DNA from: Thermoplasmata archaeon
Lineage (GTDB): Archaea; Thermoplasmatota; Thermoplasmata; Lutacidiplasmatales; UBA184
NCBI GenBank assembly: GCA_030041075.1
Contig: JASHOP010000099.1
Span: 3,852-67,851 of the forward strand
Direction: 5' to 3'
DNA: 64,000 bases
Shown: one piece after another, positions 39,349 through 48,480 of the stretch
Numbering within the stretch: the first letter of the stretch is position 1
Layout: the number at the start of each line of letters is the position of its first letter
Position numbers and translations under genes: made by a program
The notes under the pieces: model-generated
The model's input: only the letters and a program-made list of their open reading frames with translations
Databases searched by the model: none
Told to the model about the DNA's origin: nothing

Positions 39349-39410
39349 GCCCGCGTCGGGCCAACCGGGCCGGGGGCGCCGACGGGGCCCCGACCCCCTC
39401 GCGGGGCCGC

Positions 39411-41132
39411 CTACGGGGCCGAGCCCGCGCTTCCGTCGGGCCCCGGCACCCGGGCCGGCGGCTCTCGGAGGACGCGACGGAGGACCTTCTGCACGCCGCT
39501 CCGGGGGAGCGACTCGCGGAACTCGACCGAGCGAGGCGACTTGTAGTGGGCTAGCCGCCCGCGGGTGTAGGCGATCAGCTCCTCGGCTTCGACCCTCGTT
39601 CCGGCCCTCCTCACGACGAACGCCTTCGGGACCTCACCGAGCGTCGCGTCCGGGACGCCGACGACCGCCGCGTCGGCCACCGCGGGATGCTCGAACAGGA
39701 CCTCCTCGACCTCGCGGGGGTACACCTTGAGGCCCCCCACGTTGATCATGTCCTTCTTGCGATCGACAACGTAGGCGAAGCCGTCGGCGTCGATCCGGGC
39801 GAGGTCTCCCGTGAGAAGCCAGCCGTCCTCGAGCACCGCGGCGGTCTCGTCGGGCCGGCGGTAGTATCCGAGCATCACCTGGGGGCCCCGGACCGCGAGC
39901 TCGCCGACCTCTCCGGTCGGCAGCGGGCGGCGGCGGTCCTCCGGGTCGACGACCCGCTGGTCGGTGTCGGGAAGCGGAAGCCCGATCGAGCCGGCGCGGC
40001 GCTCCCCCTCGGTGGGATTGGCGTGGGTGACGGGCGAGGCCTCGGTGAGCCCGTAGCCCTCCAGGATCCGCCCTCCCGTCGCGGCCTCGAGCTTCCGCTG
40101 GACCTCCACCGGCAGGGGTGCGGACCCGCTCAGGCAGAACCGTATCGACCGGATGTCGTGCCGGGCGAGGTCTTCGCGCCGGACGAGAGCCTGGTAGAGC
40201 GCGGGCACGCCGGGGAGCTGGGTGGGGTGGTAGCGATCGATGAGCCCGAGGAGTTCGCCCGGTTCGGGGCGGGTCTGGATCACCACCGTGGCCCCGTCCG
40301 CCAGCCCCATGAGGAGACCGACCGTGAGGCCGTAGATGTGGAAGAACGGGATGGCGGCGAGGATCACCTCGTTGCCCGCGACCCGCGTGGTGTTCCACCC
40401 GTTCGTCTGCGCGACGTTCGCGACGAGGTTCCGATGCGTCAGCATCGCGGCCTTCGCGATACCGGTCGTGCCGCCGGTGTACTGGAACAGCGCGATCGTC
40501 GTCGCCGCATCGCCCAAGTGGATCGGGGCGGTGCCGGGGCTCCGAACCGCCCGACGCCACGGCCGGACCTTGGCGCCGCGGGGGAAGCGGGTCGGGCGAC
40601 CCTGCCGCCGGAGCACGAGGTTCACGAACGGGCGCCGGCTCCACGGGTAGAACTCGCGCAGGCGCGCCACGAAGACGACCGGCAGGGCAACCCGGGAATC
40701 CACGGCCGCCAGGTTCGGGTGGAGGATCTCGAGCGTGACGATCGCCTTGGGCTCGGAGTCGACCAGGACCCGGACCAGATCGTCCCCGACGTACAGCGGG
40801 CTCAGCGGGACCGCGATCGCGCCGATCCGGAGGACGCCGAACAGGGCGATCGCGAACCCCGGGCAGTTCGGAAGGTAGATCGCGACGCGATCCCCCGGCC
40901 CGATCCGTTCGCGCGCGAGCGCCGCCGCGAAGCGCTCGCTCTCCGCCCAGAAGCGGGCGTAGCTCCAGCGCGCCCCGTAGTACAGCAGCGCGGTGCGCGC
41001 GCCCCATCGATGGACGGCGTCGTCCACGAGCTCGGTGAGCAGCTTCGGCGGCAGCGCGACATGGGGGGAGACCCCGGCGGGGTACCGGGAGAGCCACGGC
41101 CGAGCGGGCTCGGTCGCGGGCGCGTCGGTCAC
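39411..41132 (-). CDS. Long-chain fatty acid-CoA ligase
   Basis: YTGGTTGIAK, EGYGLTE, TGD, DRKKDMI, A10 lysine in PRSGVQKV. Confidence 0.93.
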   Translation of the reverse strand: MTDAPATEPARPWLSRYPAGVSPHVALPPKLLTELVDDAVHRWGARTALLYYGARWSYARFWAESERFAAALARERIGPGDRVAIYLPNCPGFAIALFGVLRIGAIAVPLSPLYVGDDLVRVLVDSEPKAIVTLEILHPNLAAVDSRVALPVVFVARLREFYPWSRRPFVNLVLRRQGRPTRFPRGAKVRPWRRAVRSPGTAPIHLGDAATTIALFQYTGGTTGIAKAAMLTHRNLVANVAQTNGWNTTRVAGNEVILAAIPFFHIYGLTVGLLMGLADGATVVIQTRPEPGELLGLIDRYHPTQLPGVPALYQALVRREDLARHDIRSIRFCLSGSAPLPVEVQRKLEAATGGRILEGYGLTEASPVTHANPTEGERRAGSIGLPLPDTDQRVVDPEDRRRPLPTGEVGELAVRGPQVMLGYYRRPDETAAVLEDGWLLTGDLARIDADGFAYVVDRKKDMINVGGLKVYPREVEEVLFEHPAVADAAVVGVPDATLGEVPKAFVVRRAGTRVEAEELIAYTRGRLAHYKSPRSVEFRESLPRSGVQKVLRRVLREPPARVPGPDGSAGSAP

Positions 41133-41593
41133 GGGGGGGACGCCTCCCCGCCGGTCGAGGCCCGCGCGAACTGGACCCCCGGCTTGTAGCTGGCGACGAA
41201 CCGGACGGGGTCGCCGATCGCGACGTTCCCCTCCACCCGGATCCCCTGCATCCAGCCCGAGACCCGTCCTCCCCCCTCGAGCTCCACGACCACGTACGCG
41301 TACGGCGCTTCGTTCAGGAACTCGTCGCCGGGGACGGTGAGGACGGTGAACGCCACGATGCGGCCCCGGTCCGAGAGCCCGTGCTCCTCGAGTCCGGGAC
41401 GCCCGCACCGGGCGCACGCGAGCCCCCAGGTGGCCGTGATCGTCCCGCAGCCCGGGCACCGGAGGCCCCGGAGCCGGCCGCCGGATTCGTAGCCGTCCAC
41501 GAACTCCGCGATCGAGTGGGGGGCGGACCCGGAAGCGTCGGCCGTGGTCGACCCCTCAGCGACGCGAGAAGATGTGGACAGAGCAGGAGCCAC
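41129..41593 (-). CDS. DUF35 Zn-ribbon/OB-fold thiolase partner
   Basis: CPGC...CARC, GRIVAFTV, PYAYVVVELE, IGDPV. Start uncertain. Confidence 0.88.
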   Translation of the reverse strand: MAPALSTSSRVAEGSTTADASGSAPHSIAEFVDGYESGGRLRGLRCPGCGTITATWGLACARCGRPGLEEHGLSDRGRIVAFTVLTVPGDEFLNEAPYAYVVVELEGGGRVSGWMQGIRVEGNVAIGDPVRFVASYKPGVQFARASTGGEASPP

Positions 41594-42710
41594 CCGTCGC
41601 CCCGACGTTGTGCGCGAGCGCCGTCCCGGTCCGCGGGACCTCGCGTCCCCCGGCCCGGCCGTTCACCTGCTCGAAGATCTCGACCACCTGGCCGACCCCG
41701 GTCGCGCTGACGGGGTGCCCCTTCGCCTTCAGCCCCCCGGACGGGTTCACGGGAAGCCGCCCGTCCCGGGCGGTGACGCCGTCCCCGCTCTCCCGGGCCG
41801 CCGTCCCCTTCGGGAAGAAGCCGAGATCCTCGAGGGCGAGCACCTCGGCGATCGTGAAGCAGTCGTGCACCTCGAGGAAGTCGATCTCCCGGGGTTCGAG
41901 CCGCGCTTGGCGGAACGCCCGGGCTCCGGCGGTCCGCGTCGAGGGGAGCCCCAGAAGGTCGGGACGATCGTGCAGGCCCGTGACGGCCCCCGCCCGGGCC
42001 GACGCACGGACGACTAGCGGTTCGCGCGCGGGCCGTCCGATCGACTCCCGGGCGGACACCACGACCGCCGCCGCCCCGTCGGAGAACGGGCAGCAGTCGT
42101 ACAGCCGCAACGGGGACGCGACGATCGGCGAAGCGAGGTACGTCTCCATCGAGATCTCCTTTTGGAGGTGGGCGTGGGGGTTCCGCGCCGCGTTCGCGTG
42201 GTTCTTGATCGCGATCGCTCCGAACATCTCGGGCGTGGTCCGGTACGCGGCGCGGTACGCGCTCGCCAGGGTCGCGTACAGTCCGGGGAAGGTGGCTCCG
42301 TTCCTCGTCTCGAACGGGTAGTCGGCGGCGATCGCGAAGAAGGTGGTCGCGGTCTGCGTGGTGAGATGGCTCAGTCGCTCGGCGCCGACGACCAGGGCGG
42401 AGTCCACGAACCCGCCCGCGACCTGGACGAACGCCTCGTGGAGCGCGGCGCTGGACGAGGAGCAGGCCGACTCCACGGTCACGGAGGGGACCTCGGGGAT
42501 TCCGAGCCCGCTGTTGATGAGCGGCCCGACGTGGGCCTGGTGCTCGGCCAGGCCGAAGCAGTTCGCGACGAACGTGTGACCGATCTGCTTCGGCTCGAGT
42601 CCCGCGTCGCGGATCGCTTCCATCGCGACGCGGGTCGCCGCCTCGCGCGCGGTCTCGGCCATCTTCCCGTACCGGCTCGAGGCGGCGCCGACGATCCACG
42701 TCTCCCGCAT
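41556..42710 (-). CDS. Archaeal thiolase (acetyl-CoA acetyltransferase, SCP2-like)
   Basis: ESACSS, KNHANA..NP, DGAAA, EVHDCF, NPSGGLKAKGHP. Confidence 0.93.
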   Translation of the reverse strand: MRETWIVGAASSRYGKMAETAREAATRVAMEAIRDAGLEPKQIGHTFVANCFGLAEHQAHVGPLINSGLGIPEVPSVTVESACSSSSAALHEAFVQVAGGFVDSALVVGAERLSHLTTQTATTFFAIAADYPFETRNGATFPGLYATLASAYRAAYRTTPEMFGAIAIKNHANAARNPHAHLQKEISMETYLASPIVASPLRLYDCCPFSDGAAAVVVSARESIGRPAREPLVVRASARAGAVTGLHDRPDLLGLPSTRTAGARAFRQARLEPREIDFLEVHDCFTIAEVLALEDLGFFPKGTAARESGDGVTARDGRLPVNPSGGLKAKGHPVSATGVGQVVEIFEQVNGRAGGREVPRTGTALAHNVGATGGSCSVHIFSRR

Positions 42711-42764
42711 GCGCCCTGCTCCGACAGCCCGGGGTCGGGGATAACGTGCCCGGACCGGCGGATG

Positions 42765-43043
42765 TCAGACGGGGCGAACGGAAGGGAGACCGACCCAGGC
42801 GCGCAGGGTCTCGAACGCCTTCTCCGCCTCCGCGGCCCGCGCGGTCTTGAACAGCAAGCGGCCCGTCCGGGCGATCGTGACCTCGGGATCCATCGAGGCG
42901 ATCAGCATCACCCGGGCATCGACCACGGGGATGCCCCGTCGCCGGAGCTCGGCTCCGATCCGGGCGAGGTCGAGAACGACCCTCTCCTCGGGCACGGCCT
43001 CGATCCCTCCCCCGCTCGCGCACACCCTGAGCTGGCGGTACAT
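42765..43043 (-). CDS. Small hypothetical protein
   Basis: About 92 aa; VTIARTGRLLFK...EAEK resembles the TBP-like C-terminal domain seen on some ThiF/MoeB proteins (inference). Confidence 0.65.
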   Translation of the reverse strand: MYRQLRVCASGGGIEAVPEERVVLDLARIGAELRRRGIPVVDARVMLIASMDPEVTIARTGRLLFKTARAAEAEKAFETLRAWVGLPSVRPV

Positions 43044-43147
43044 GGCACCCACACCGGCCGGCTCAGGCGGACGCGGACTTCAAACCCCCGGGCCGACCCC
43101 GAAACCGGGGTCTTCGCGTGCGGTCGAGAGGGCCGGCGCAGACCCGC

Positions 43148-43699
43148 CTACGACGAGCCCATCGGGGCGCCGCACTTCGCGCAGAATTGGGCCCCCGAGG
43201 CGTTCGGAGAGCCGCACGAGGCGCACACCCTCCCGCCGGAGGGGGCGGCCGCGGGCGGCGGAGCGTTCCACGGCGGAGCCGCCCCGCCGGTGAGCGGAGC
43301 GCCCATGCCCATCCCCGACGCGGCCGGCATCGGCGGGTGCCATACGATCGCCAGGATGCCTCCCACGAGGGCGAGGATCAGGCCGAGGACGAATCCGCCT
43401 CCGCCCACGATGCTGATCAGCCCCAGGACGAGGACGACCGCGCCCCAGGTTCTCGCCGATTGAGGGTGCGACCGCATCTGAACCGCTCCGAACAGGATGA
43501 TGATCCCGAACAGGAGCGCGACGATACCGAGGACGATGATGAGCAGGCCCAAACCGGGGAAGAACGCTCCCACGAGGCTTCCGACGAATGCCGCGACGGC
43601 GGCATCGTAGATCCCGTCCAGCAGGATCAGGATCCCGCCGATCAGGGTCAGGACGAACGCGGCGACCGGGTAGCTCCCGCTCTGGGACATCGAGGCCAT
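43148..43699 (-). CDS. Membrane protein with C-terminal zinc ribbon
   Basis: Four TM helices; CASCG...FCAKCG; TATA-like GATATA upstream. Confidence 0.85.
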   Translation of the reverse strand: MASMSQSGSYPVAAFVLTLIGGILILLDGIYDAAVAAFVGSLVGAFFPGLGLLIIVLGIVALLFGIIILFGAVQMRSHPQSARTWGAVVLVLGLISIVGGGGFVLGLILALVGGILAIVWHPPMPAASGMGMGAPLTGGAAPPWNAPPPAAAPSGGRVCASCGSPNASGAQFCAKCGAPMGSS

Positions 43700-43749
43700 G
43701 CGGCTCCGACGGCAGGTCCTGCTATATCAAGCCGTAGGCGGACCGGACG

Positions 43750-44376
43750 TCACAGGACCACGGCTCGCCGGACGCAGTCGTCGATGATCCGGTCGGCATC
43801 GACCCGCTCCTCCTCGCGGAGGATCTGGATCAGGTTCGATCGGGTGGCGGGCTTGTCCGGGACGGCCTGGCAGCAGACTCCCGGGCGGGTCGAGATCGAG
43901 TACGTTCCGATCGCCTTCGCGACCGCCTCGATCTCCTGCTTGTCGAACCCGATCAACGGGCGGACGATCGGAAGGTGGACCGACGCCGTCGCCGACCGCA
44001 TGTTCGAGAGCGTCTGGGAGGCGACCTGGCCGAGCGCCTCGCCCGTCGCGAGGAACGTGGCCCCCTCGCGCTCGGCGATTCGCTCCGCCGATCGCCACAT
44101 GAACCTCCGGCAGAGCACGCAGCCGACGTGCCGGTCCGTCTCCCGCATCAGCGTGGTCTGCGTCGAGCCGTGCGGGACGAGGTAGAGCGGGATCGGCTGG
44201 CGGTAGCGCTCGCGCAGGAGGCCGAGGTGGTCGATCACCTTCGCCAGCGGCGAGTCGTCGGTGAACGGCCGGTTGTCCATGTGGACCGCGACGATCTCAT
44301 GCCCCTGGCGCAAAAGGTAGTGGATCGCCACGGGAGAGTCGATCCCCCCGCTCATGAGCATCACGCCGCGCGCCAT
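43750..44376 (-). CDS. thiI: ThiI/TtuI-like tRNA sulfurtransferase, PP-loop domain only
   Basis: SGGIDSPVA, CVLCRR, GEALGQVASQT, RPLIGFDK, IGT, late CC. TATA CTTAATA about 25 nt before ATG 44376. Confidence 0.82.
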   Translation of the reverse strand: MARGVMLMSGGIDSPVAIHYLLRQGHEIVAVHMDNRPFTDDSPLAKVIDHLGLLRERYRQPIPLYLVPHGSTQTTLMRETDRHVGCVLCRRFMWRSAERIAEREGATFLATGEALGQVASQTLSNMRSATASVHLPIVRPLIGFDKQEIEAVAKAIGTYSISTRPGVCCQAVPDKPATRSNLIQILREEERVDADRIIDDCVRRAVVL

Positions 44377-44470
44377 CGCCGGGAACGACCGCCCTCCCGG
44401 TATTAAGCGATGCTCGCGGCCCCGCCCGCCGTGAGGGAGAGGTAAAATGCGCTGCCGAGTCGCCGGACCG

Positions 44471-45289
44471 ATGGCTTCCGGGGCCGCGGCGCCGGTCGAT
44501 CTGTTCGCGCGCGACGAGGGGACCGGACCGACGATCGTTCTCCTGCACGGCGTCGGGACGAACCACACGGTCTGGAACGCCGTTGTCCCGCACCTCGGCC
44601 ACGAGTTTCGTATCCTCGCCCCGGATCTCCGGGGCCATGGCCGCTCGCCGGCCCCGGCCGGGTCGCGCTTCTCGTTCGAGGAGCTGGAGGGCGACCTGGA
44701 GCACCTGCTCGATCGCAAGAGCATCCCCGCCGCGCATCTCGTCGGGCTGAGCGCCGGAGCCCTCCTCGCCCTGCGAATCGGCCTCGACCGTCCTCGGCGC
44801 GGCCGGAGCCTCACGATGGTCAGCGGGGCCGCGTACACGGACGCTCACACCCGGTCGGTGGCCGAGCGCTGGGCCGAGACGTACGCGAAGGAAGGGCCGG
44901 ACCGGTTCGCCGTCCGCCTCCTCAAGGATCTCTACTACCCGGATTGGATCGAGGAGCACATGGACTTCGCGGACCGCGTCCGGAAGGAGGTCCTCGACCA
45001 GGACTTCGGGCCGGCGCGCGAGTGGGCCCGGCAGGCCTCCACCTTCGACGAACGATCCCGCATCGCGTCGCTCGCGCTCCCGACCCTCATCGTGCAGGCG
45101 ATGGACGACCAGGTCGTGGACGCCTCCCACGGTCGGATCCTCCGCCAGTCGATCCACGGCGCCCAGATCCGGATCCTCGCCCAGACCGGTCACATGATCC
45201 CGATCGAACGGCCCGCGGAGACGGCCGAGTCGATCGGATCGTTCGTTCGGGACGTCGAGCGGAGGAACGGGAGCTCGCCGACGGACTGA
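44471..45289 (+). CDS. Alpha/beta hydrolase
   Basis: LLHG, DLRGHGRS, GLSAG nucleophile elbow, GH near the C-terminus. Confidence 0.9.
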   Translation: MASGAAAPVDLFARDEGTGPTIVLLHGVGTNHTVWNAVVPHLGHEFRILAPDLRGHGRSPAPAGSRFSFEELEGDLEHLLDRKSIPAAHLVGLSAGALLALRIGLDRPRRGRSLTMVSGAAYTDAHTRSVAERWAETYAKEGPDRFAVRLLKDLYYPDWIEEHMDFADRVRKEVLDQDFGPAREWARQASTFDERSRIASLALPTLIVQAMDDQVVDASHGRILRQSIHGAQIRILAQTGHMIPIERPAETAESIGSFVRDVERRNGSSPTD

Positions 45290-45340
45290 CCACCTGCCGC
45301 CATCCTCGAGCTTATCTCCTCACCGACCGATTCCGTGCCG

Positions 45341-45514
45341 ATGGCCTCGGACGCTTCCTCCGACCTGGCGGCCCGGCTCGCCCGGCTCGAGCAGGAGCTT
45401 CGAGAGCTCCGGCTGAGGGTCGCCGCTCTGGAGCGGCTGGTCGGCAGCGCGGGCGAGCACCCCGCGGACCGGACCGTGGTCCAAGGGAAAGTCTCCTACG
45501 ACTGGCAGGCATGA
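45341..45514 (+). CDS. 57-aa coiled-coil protein (missing from ORF track)
   Basis: MASDASSDLAARLARLEQELRELRLRVAALERLVGSAGEHPADRTVVQGKVSYDWQA; CTTAT about 28 nt upstream; ATGA overlap with the next gene. Confidence 0.72.
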   Translation: MASDASSDLAARLARLEQELRELRLRVAALERLVGSAGEHPADRTVVQGKVSYDWQA

Positions 45515-46152
45515 CCTCCCCGGTCGGCGGCGCGCCGTCCCTGCCCCGCCGTTCCCCCTCGGTCTCCGAGCTCCTCGCCGCGTTCCCTCCGCGGACGCCC
45601 CCCGTCAGCACCGCGGGCGCGGCGGTGACGGTCGTCCTCCGCGAAGGAGCCTCCGAGCCGGAGGCGCTCCTGATCGAGCGCGCTCCGAACCCCACCGACC
45701 CCGGATCCGGGCAGGTCGCCCTCCCCGGGGGGCGCGTGGACGAAGGCGACGGCTCGCTCGCGGCGACCGCCCTCCGAGAGCTGGAGGAGGAGGTGGGTCT
45801 GGTCCGATCCGACCTATCCGGCCCGCTGAGGTTCGTCGGGACGGGCCACGCGCGACAGTTCGGACTGAGGGTCGGCGTCTTCGCGGCCGAGCTCGGTCGT
45901 GAGCGCGGCGTCCCGTCGGTGCGCAGCGCCGCGGAGGTCGCGCACGTCTTCTGGTTGCCCCGCTCAGAACTCGGTGAGGTCCGCCGCGTGACGCGGGAGA
46001 CGAGCCACGGGCTGGCCGAGGTGGCGGCGACGGTGCACGAGGGGCATGTGCTCTGGGGGTTCACCCGCCGGGTCTTGCGCGAGTTCTTCGGCCTGCCACC
46101 CGACGGCGAATCCCCGGGATCTCTCCTAGTGCGCGACCCATCGGACGGCTAG
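45511..46152 (+). CDS. Nudix hydrolase, CoA pyrophosphatase type
   Basis: SGQVALPGG...TALRELEEEVGL, AEVAHVFW, LWGFT. Confidence 0.88.
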   Translation: MTSPVGGAPSLPRRSPSVSELLAAFPPRTPPVSTAGAAVTVVLREGASEPEALLIERAPNPTDPGSGQVALPGGRVDEGDGSLAATALRELEEEVGLVRSDLSGPLRFVGTGHARQFGLRVGVFAAELGRERGVPSVRSAAEVAHVFWLPRSELGEVRRVTRETSHGLAEVAATVHEGHVLWGFTRRVLREFFGLPPDGESPGSLLVRDPSDG

Positions 46153-46254
46153 CCTGTTCCGGCGTGCAGGGAGAGCCGAGCGGCCGGGATCGAGCCGCCC
46201 GGCGGGGCCAGTTACGGAAGGCGAATCGGGCTCCGGACGTCCCCCGTCGGGTCC

Positions 46255-46773
46255 CTAGAGTATCGGGGCGCGGAAGCTGTAGATTCCCGACACCGAGATC
46301 GCAACCTCCGACGCGGACTGCACCTCGAAGCCGTACTGGCCCCCCGCGACGACCGTCAGATCGCCCAGGCCGTCGGACGACGCGTTGACCCCATAGACCC
46401 TACCTCCCCCCGGGCCGACGATCGAGAAGTTCAGCCGCTGCGACGGCGCCGAGTTCCAGATGAAGCTGAACGAACCGGCGTGCGGGAACGTAAGGGTGTA
46501 CGCGCGGTCGACCGTCGAGCCGCCCGGATCCGTGAAGGAGAACGACTCGGCGACCGCCTGCGACACCGACACGAACCCGAGGGCGGCGATCACGATGACG
46601 ACGGTCGCGGAAACGGCGACTGCGACGATCACCGGAGGCGTGAGAAGCCGTCCCCGTCGCGGTCGGGGCGCCTCGTGAGCGTCGGCCGGAGGCGGCTCCC
46701 CGGACCCGGGCTCGATTGGGGCCGGGACCTCCGCTTCGGGGAGGGTGGCTGGTACGGCCTCCGGAGTCGACAT
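46255..46773 (-). CDS. Membrane-anchored hypothetical protein
   Basis: Acidic Pro-rich head, one TM helix, beta-rich C-domain. Confidence 0.7.
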   Translation of the reverse strand: MSTPEAVPATLPEAEVPAPIEPGSGEPPPADAHEAPRPRRGRLLTPPVIVAVAVSATVVIVIAALGFVSVSQAVAESFSFTDPGGSTVDRAYTLTFPHAGSFSFIWNSAPSQRLNFSIVGPGGGRVYGVNASSDGLGDLTVVAGGQYGFEVQSASEVAISVSGIYSFRAPIL

Positions 46774-47003
46774 GGCGTCGTGGCGCGAGACCCTCGACGT
46801 GGGCGAGGTCGGCCGGCGACCCTGACGCTCAGGATAAGCGTTTGTTCCGTGCCCACGAGGTATCGCGGCCGGACCAGGCTCCGGCCGGGAGGGCCGGGCC
46901 GAGCGGTCGCCGCCCGAGGGAGCGGGCCCCGGCCCGCACGACGGTCAACGGACGGCCGGGCGGTCCGGCCGGCGGAGCGGGCGGCGTTCGACCGGTATCA
47001 GTA

Positions 47004-47020
47004 TTATATAGGTTTAAATA
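47004..47020 (+). promoter_or_regulatory. Tandem TATA boxes of tbp
   Basis: TTATATA-GG-TTTAAATA; the second box lies about 25 nt before the TTG start. Confidence 0.7.
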
Positions 47021-47040
47021 GTCGCGCGCGGGGGATTCGT

Positions 47041-47589
47041 TTGGTCAAGATCCGGATCGAGAACGTCGTCGCCTCGACCTCCCTCGGGGACGAACTCGAC
47101 CTCCAGTCGATCGCCCTAGGGCTCGACGGGGCGGAATACGAGCCCGAACAGTTCCCCGGCCTAATCTACCGGCTCAAGCAGCCGAAGACCGCGATCCTCC
47201 TCTTCCGGTCCGGCAAGGTGGTGTGCACGGGAGCGAAGAGCATGCACGAGGTGGAGGAGTCGATCGCGACGGTCGCCCAGCAGATCCGCAAGGGCGGCCA
47301 GAGGATCCACCTCCGCCCCAAGATCGAGGTCCAGAACATCGTCGCGAGCTCGGATCTCGAGAGCGAGATCAACCTGAACGCGATCGCGGTGACGCTCGGA
47401 CTCGACCGCGTGGAGTACGAACCCGAGCAGTTCCCGGGCCTCGTCTGCCGGATCGACGAGCCGAAGGTCGTCGTGCTCCTCTTCGGCAGCGGCAAGCTCG
47501 TCTGCACGGGCGCGAGAAAGCCTTCGGATGTCGAGGTCGCGGTGAAGAAGATCACCAAGGAGCTCCAGGGCGCCGGCCTCCTAAGATAG
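47041..47589 (+). CDS. tbp: TATA-box-binding protein
   Basis: Two repeats of NVVAS...YEPEQFPGL...F.SGK.VCTGA. TTG start. Confidence 0.97.
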   Translation: MVKIRIENVVASTSLGDELDLQSIALGLDGAEYEPEQFPGLIYRLKQPKTAILLFRSGKVVCTGAKSMHEVEESIATVAQQIRKGGQRIHLRPKIEVQNIVASSDLESEINLNAIAVTLGLDRVEYEPEQFPGLVCRIDEPKVVVLLFGSGKLVCTGARKPSDVEVAVKKITKELQGAGLLR

Positions 47590-47610
47590 GGCGGCGCTCT
47601 CGGCCGGCCT

Positions 47611-48480
47611 GTGGCGCTCCCGTCGGATCTCCCCGTCATCGACCACCACTGCCACCTCTCGCCGCACGGGGAGGGCGTGGAAGCGGCCCGCCGGTTCCGC
47701 TCGGCCGGAGGGACCCACCTGTTCCTCGCGACCCAGAACTACGGACCCGGCACCCCGCGCTCCGTGGACGACTATCGCGAGCAGTACGAGACGACCGAAC
47801 GGCTCGCGCGCCGGCTGGGGGATGAGTCGGGCGTGACCGCGTACGTCGTCCTCGCTCCCTACCCGGTCGATCTCGTGGACGGGGCGGCGCAGATGGGAGC
47901 GGCGCGGGCCCTCGAGCTCCACCAGGCGGCGCTTGACCTGGCCGGCGCGTGGATCCAAGAGCGGCGGGCGGTCGCGCTGGGCGAGGTCGGATGGCCCCAC
48001 TTTGCGGTCCCGCCGGAGGTCGCTCGGATCGGTTCCGCGGCGTTCCGGCATGCCCTCGGGGTCGCCCACGACGTCGACTGTCCTGTGGTCGTCCACTCCC
48101 CCGATCTCGACCCCGCCGCATACCGAGACCTGGCGGTCGAGGCGGATCGCGCCGGGATCCCGCGGCATCGGATCGTCAAGCACTACGCCCGCCAGCGCGT
48201 CCGCGACGGCGCGTCGAGCGGGATCGTCCCGTCGTATCTGGCCCGCCGGCAGCTCGTGACGGAGGTCCGCGACGATCCCGGCCCGTGGTTCCTCGAGACC
48301 GACTTCCTCGACGACCCGCGGCGTCCGGGCGCGGTCCTCGACCTCGCGACCGTCCCCCGGCGCGCGAGGTCGATCGCGCAGACCGACGGGGGAACCGAGA
48401 GGCTCCGGGTCCCGTTCGTCCGCTCGGTGGAGCGGGTCTACGGCTGGACGCCGCGAACCGACGGGAAGGCGGGACCATGA
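47611..48480 (+). CDS. TatD-family metal-dependent hydrolase
   Basis: DHHCH, LGEVG.PH, VVVH, KHYA, LETDFLDDP.RPGAV. Confidence 0.88.
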   Translation: MALPSDLPVIDHHCHLSPHGEGVEAARRFRSAGGTHLFLATQNYGPGTPRSVDDYREQYETTERLARRLGDESGVTAYVVLAPYPVDLVDGAAQMGAARALELHQAALDLAGAWIQERRAVALGEVGWPHFAVPPEVARIGSAAFRHALGVAHDVDCPVVVHSPDLDPAAYRDLAVEADRAGIPRHRIVKHYARQRVRDGASSGIVPSYLARRQLVTEVRDDPGPWFLETDFLDDPRRPGAVLDLATVPRRARSIAQTDGGTERLRVPFVRSVERVYGWTPRTDGKAGP

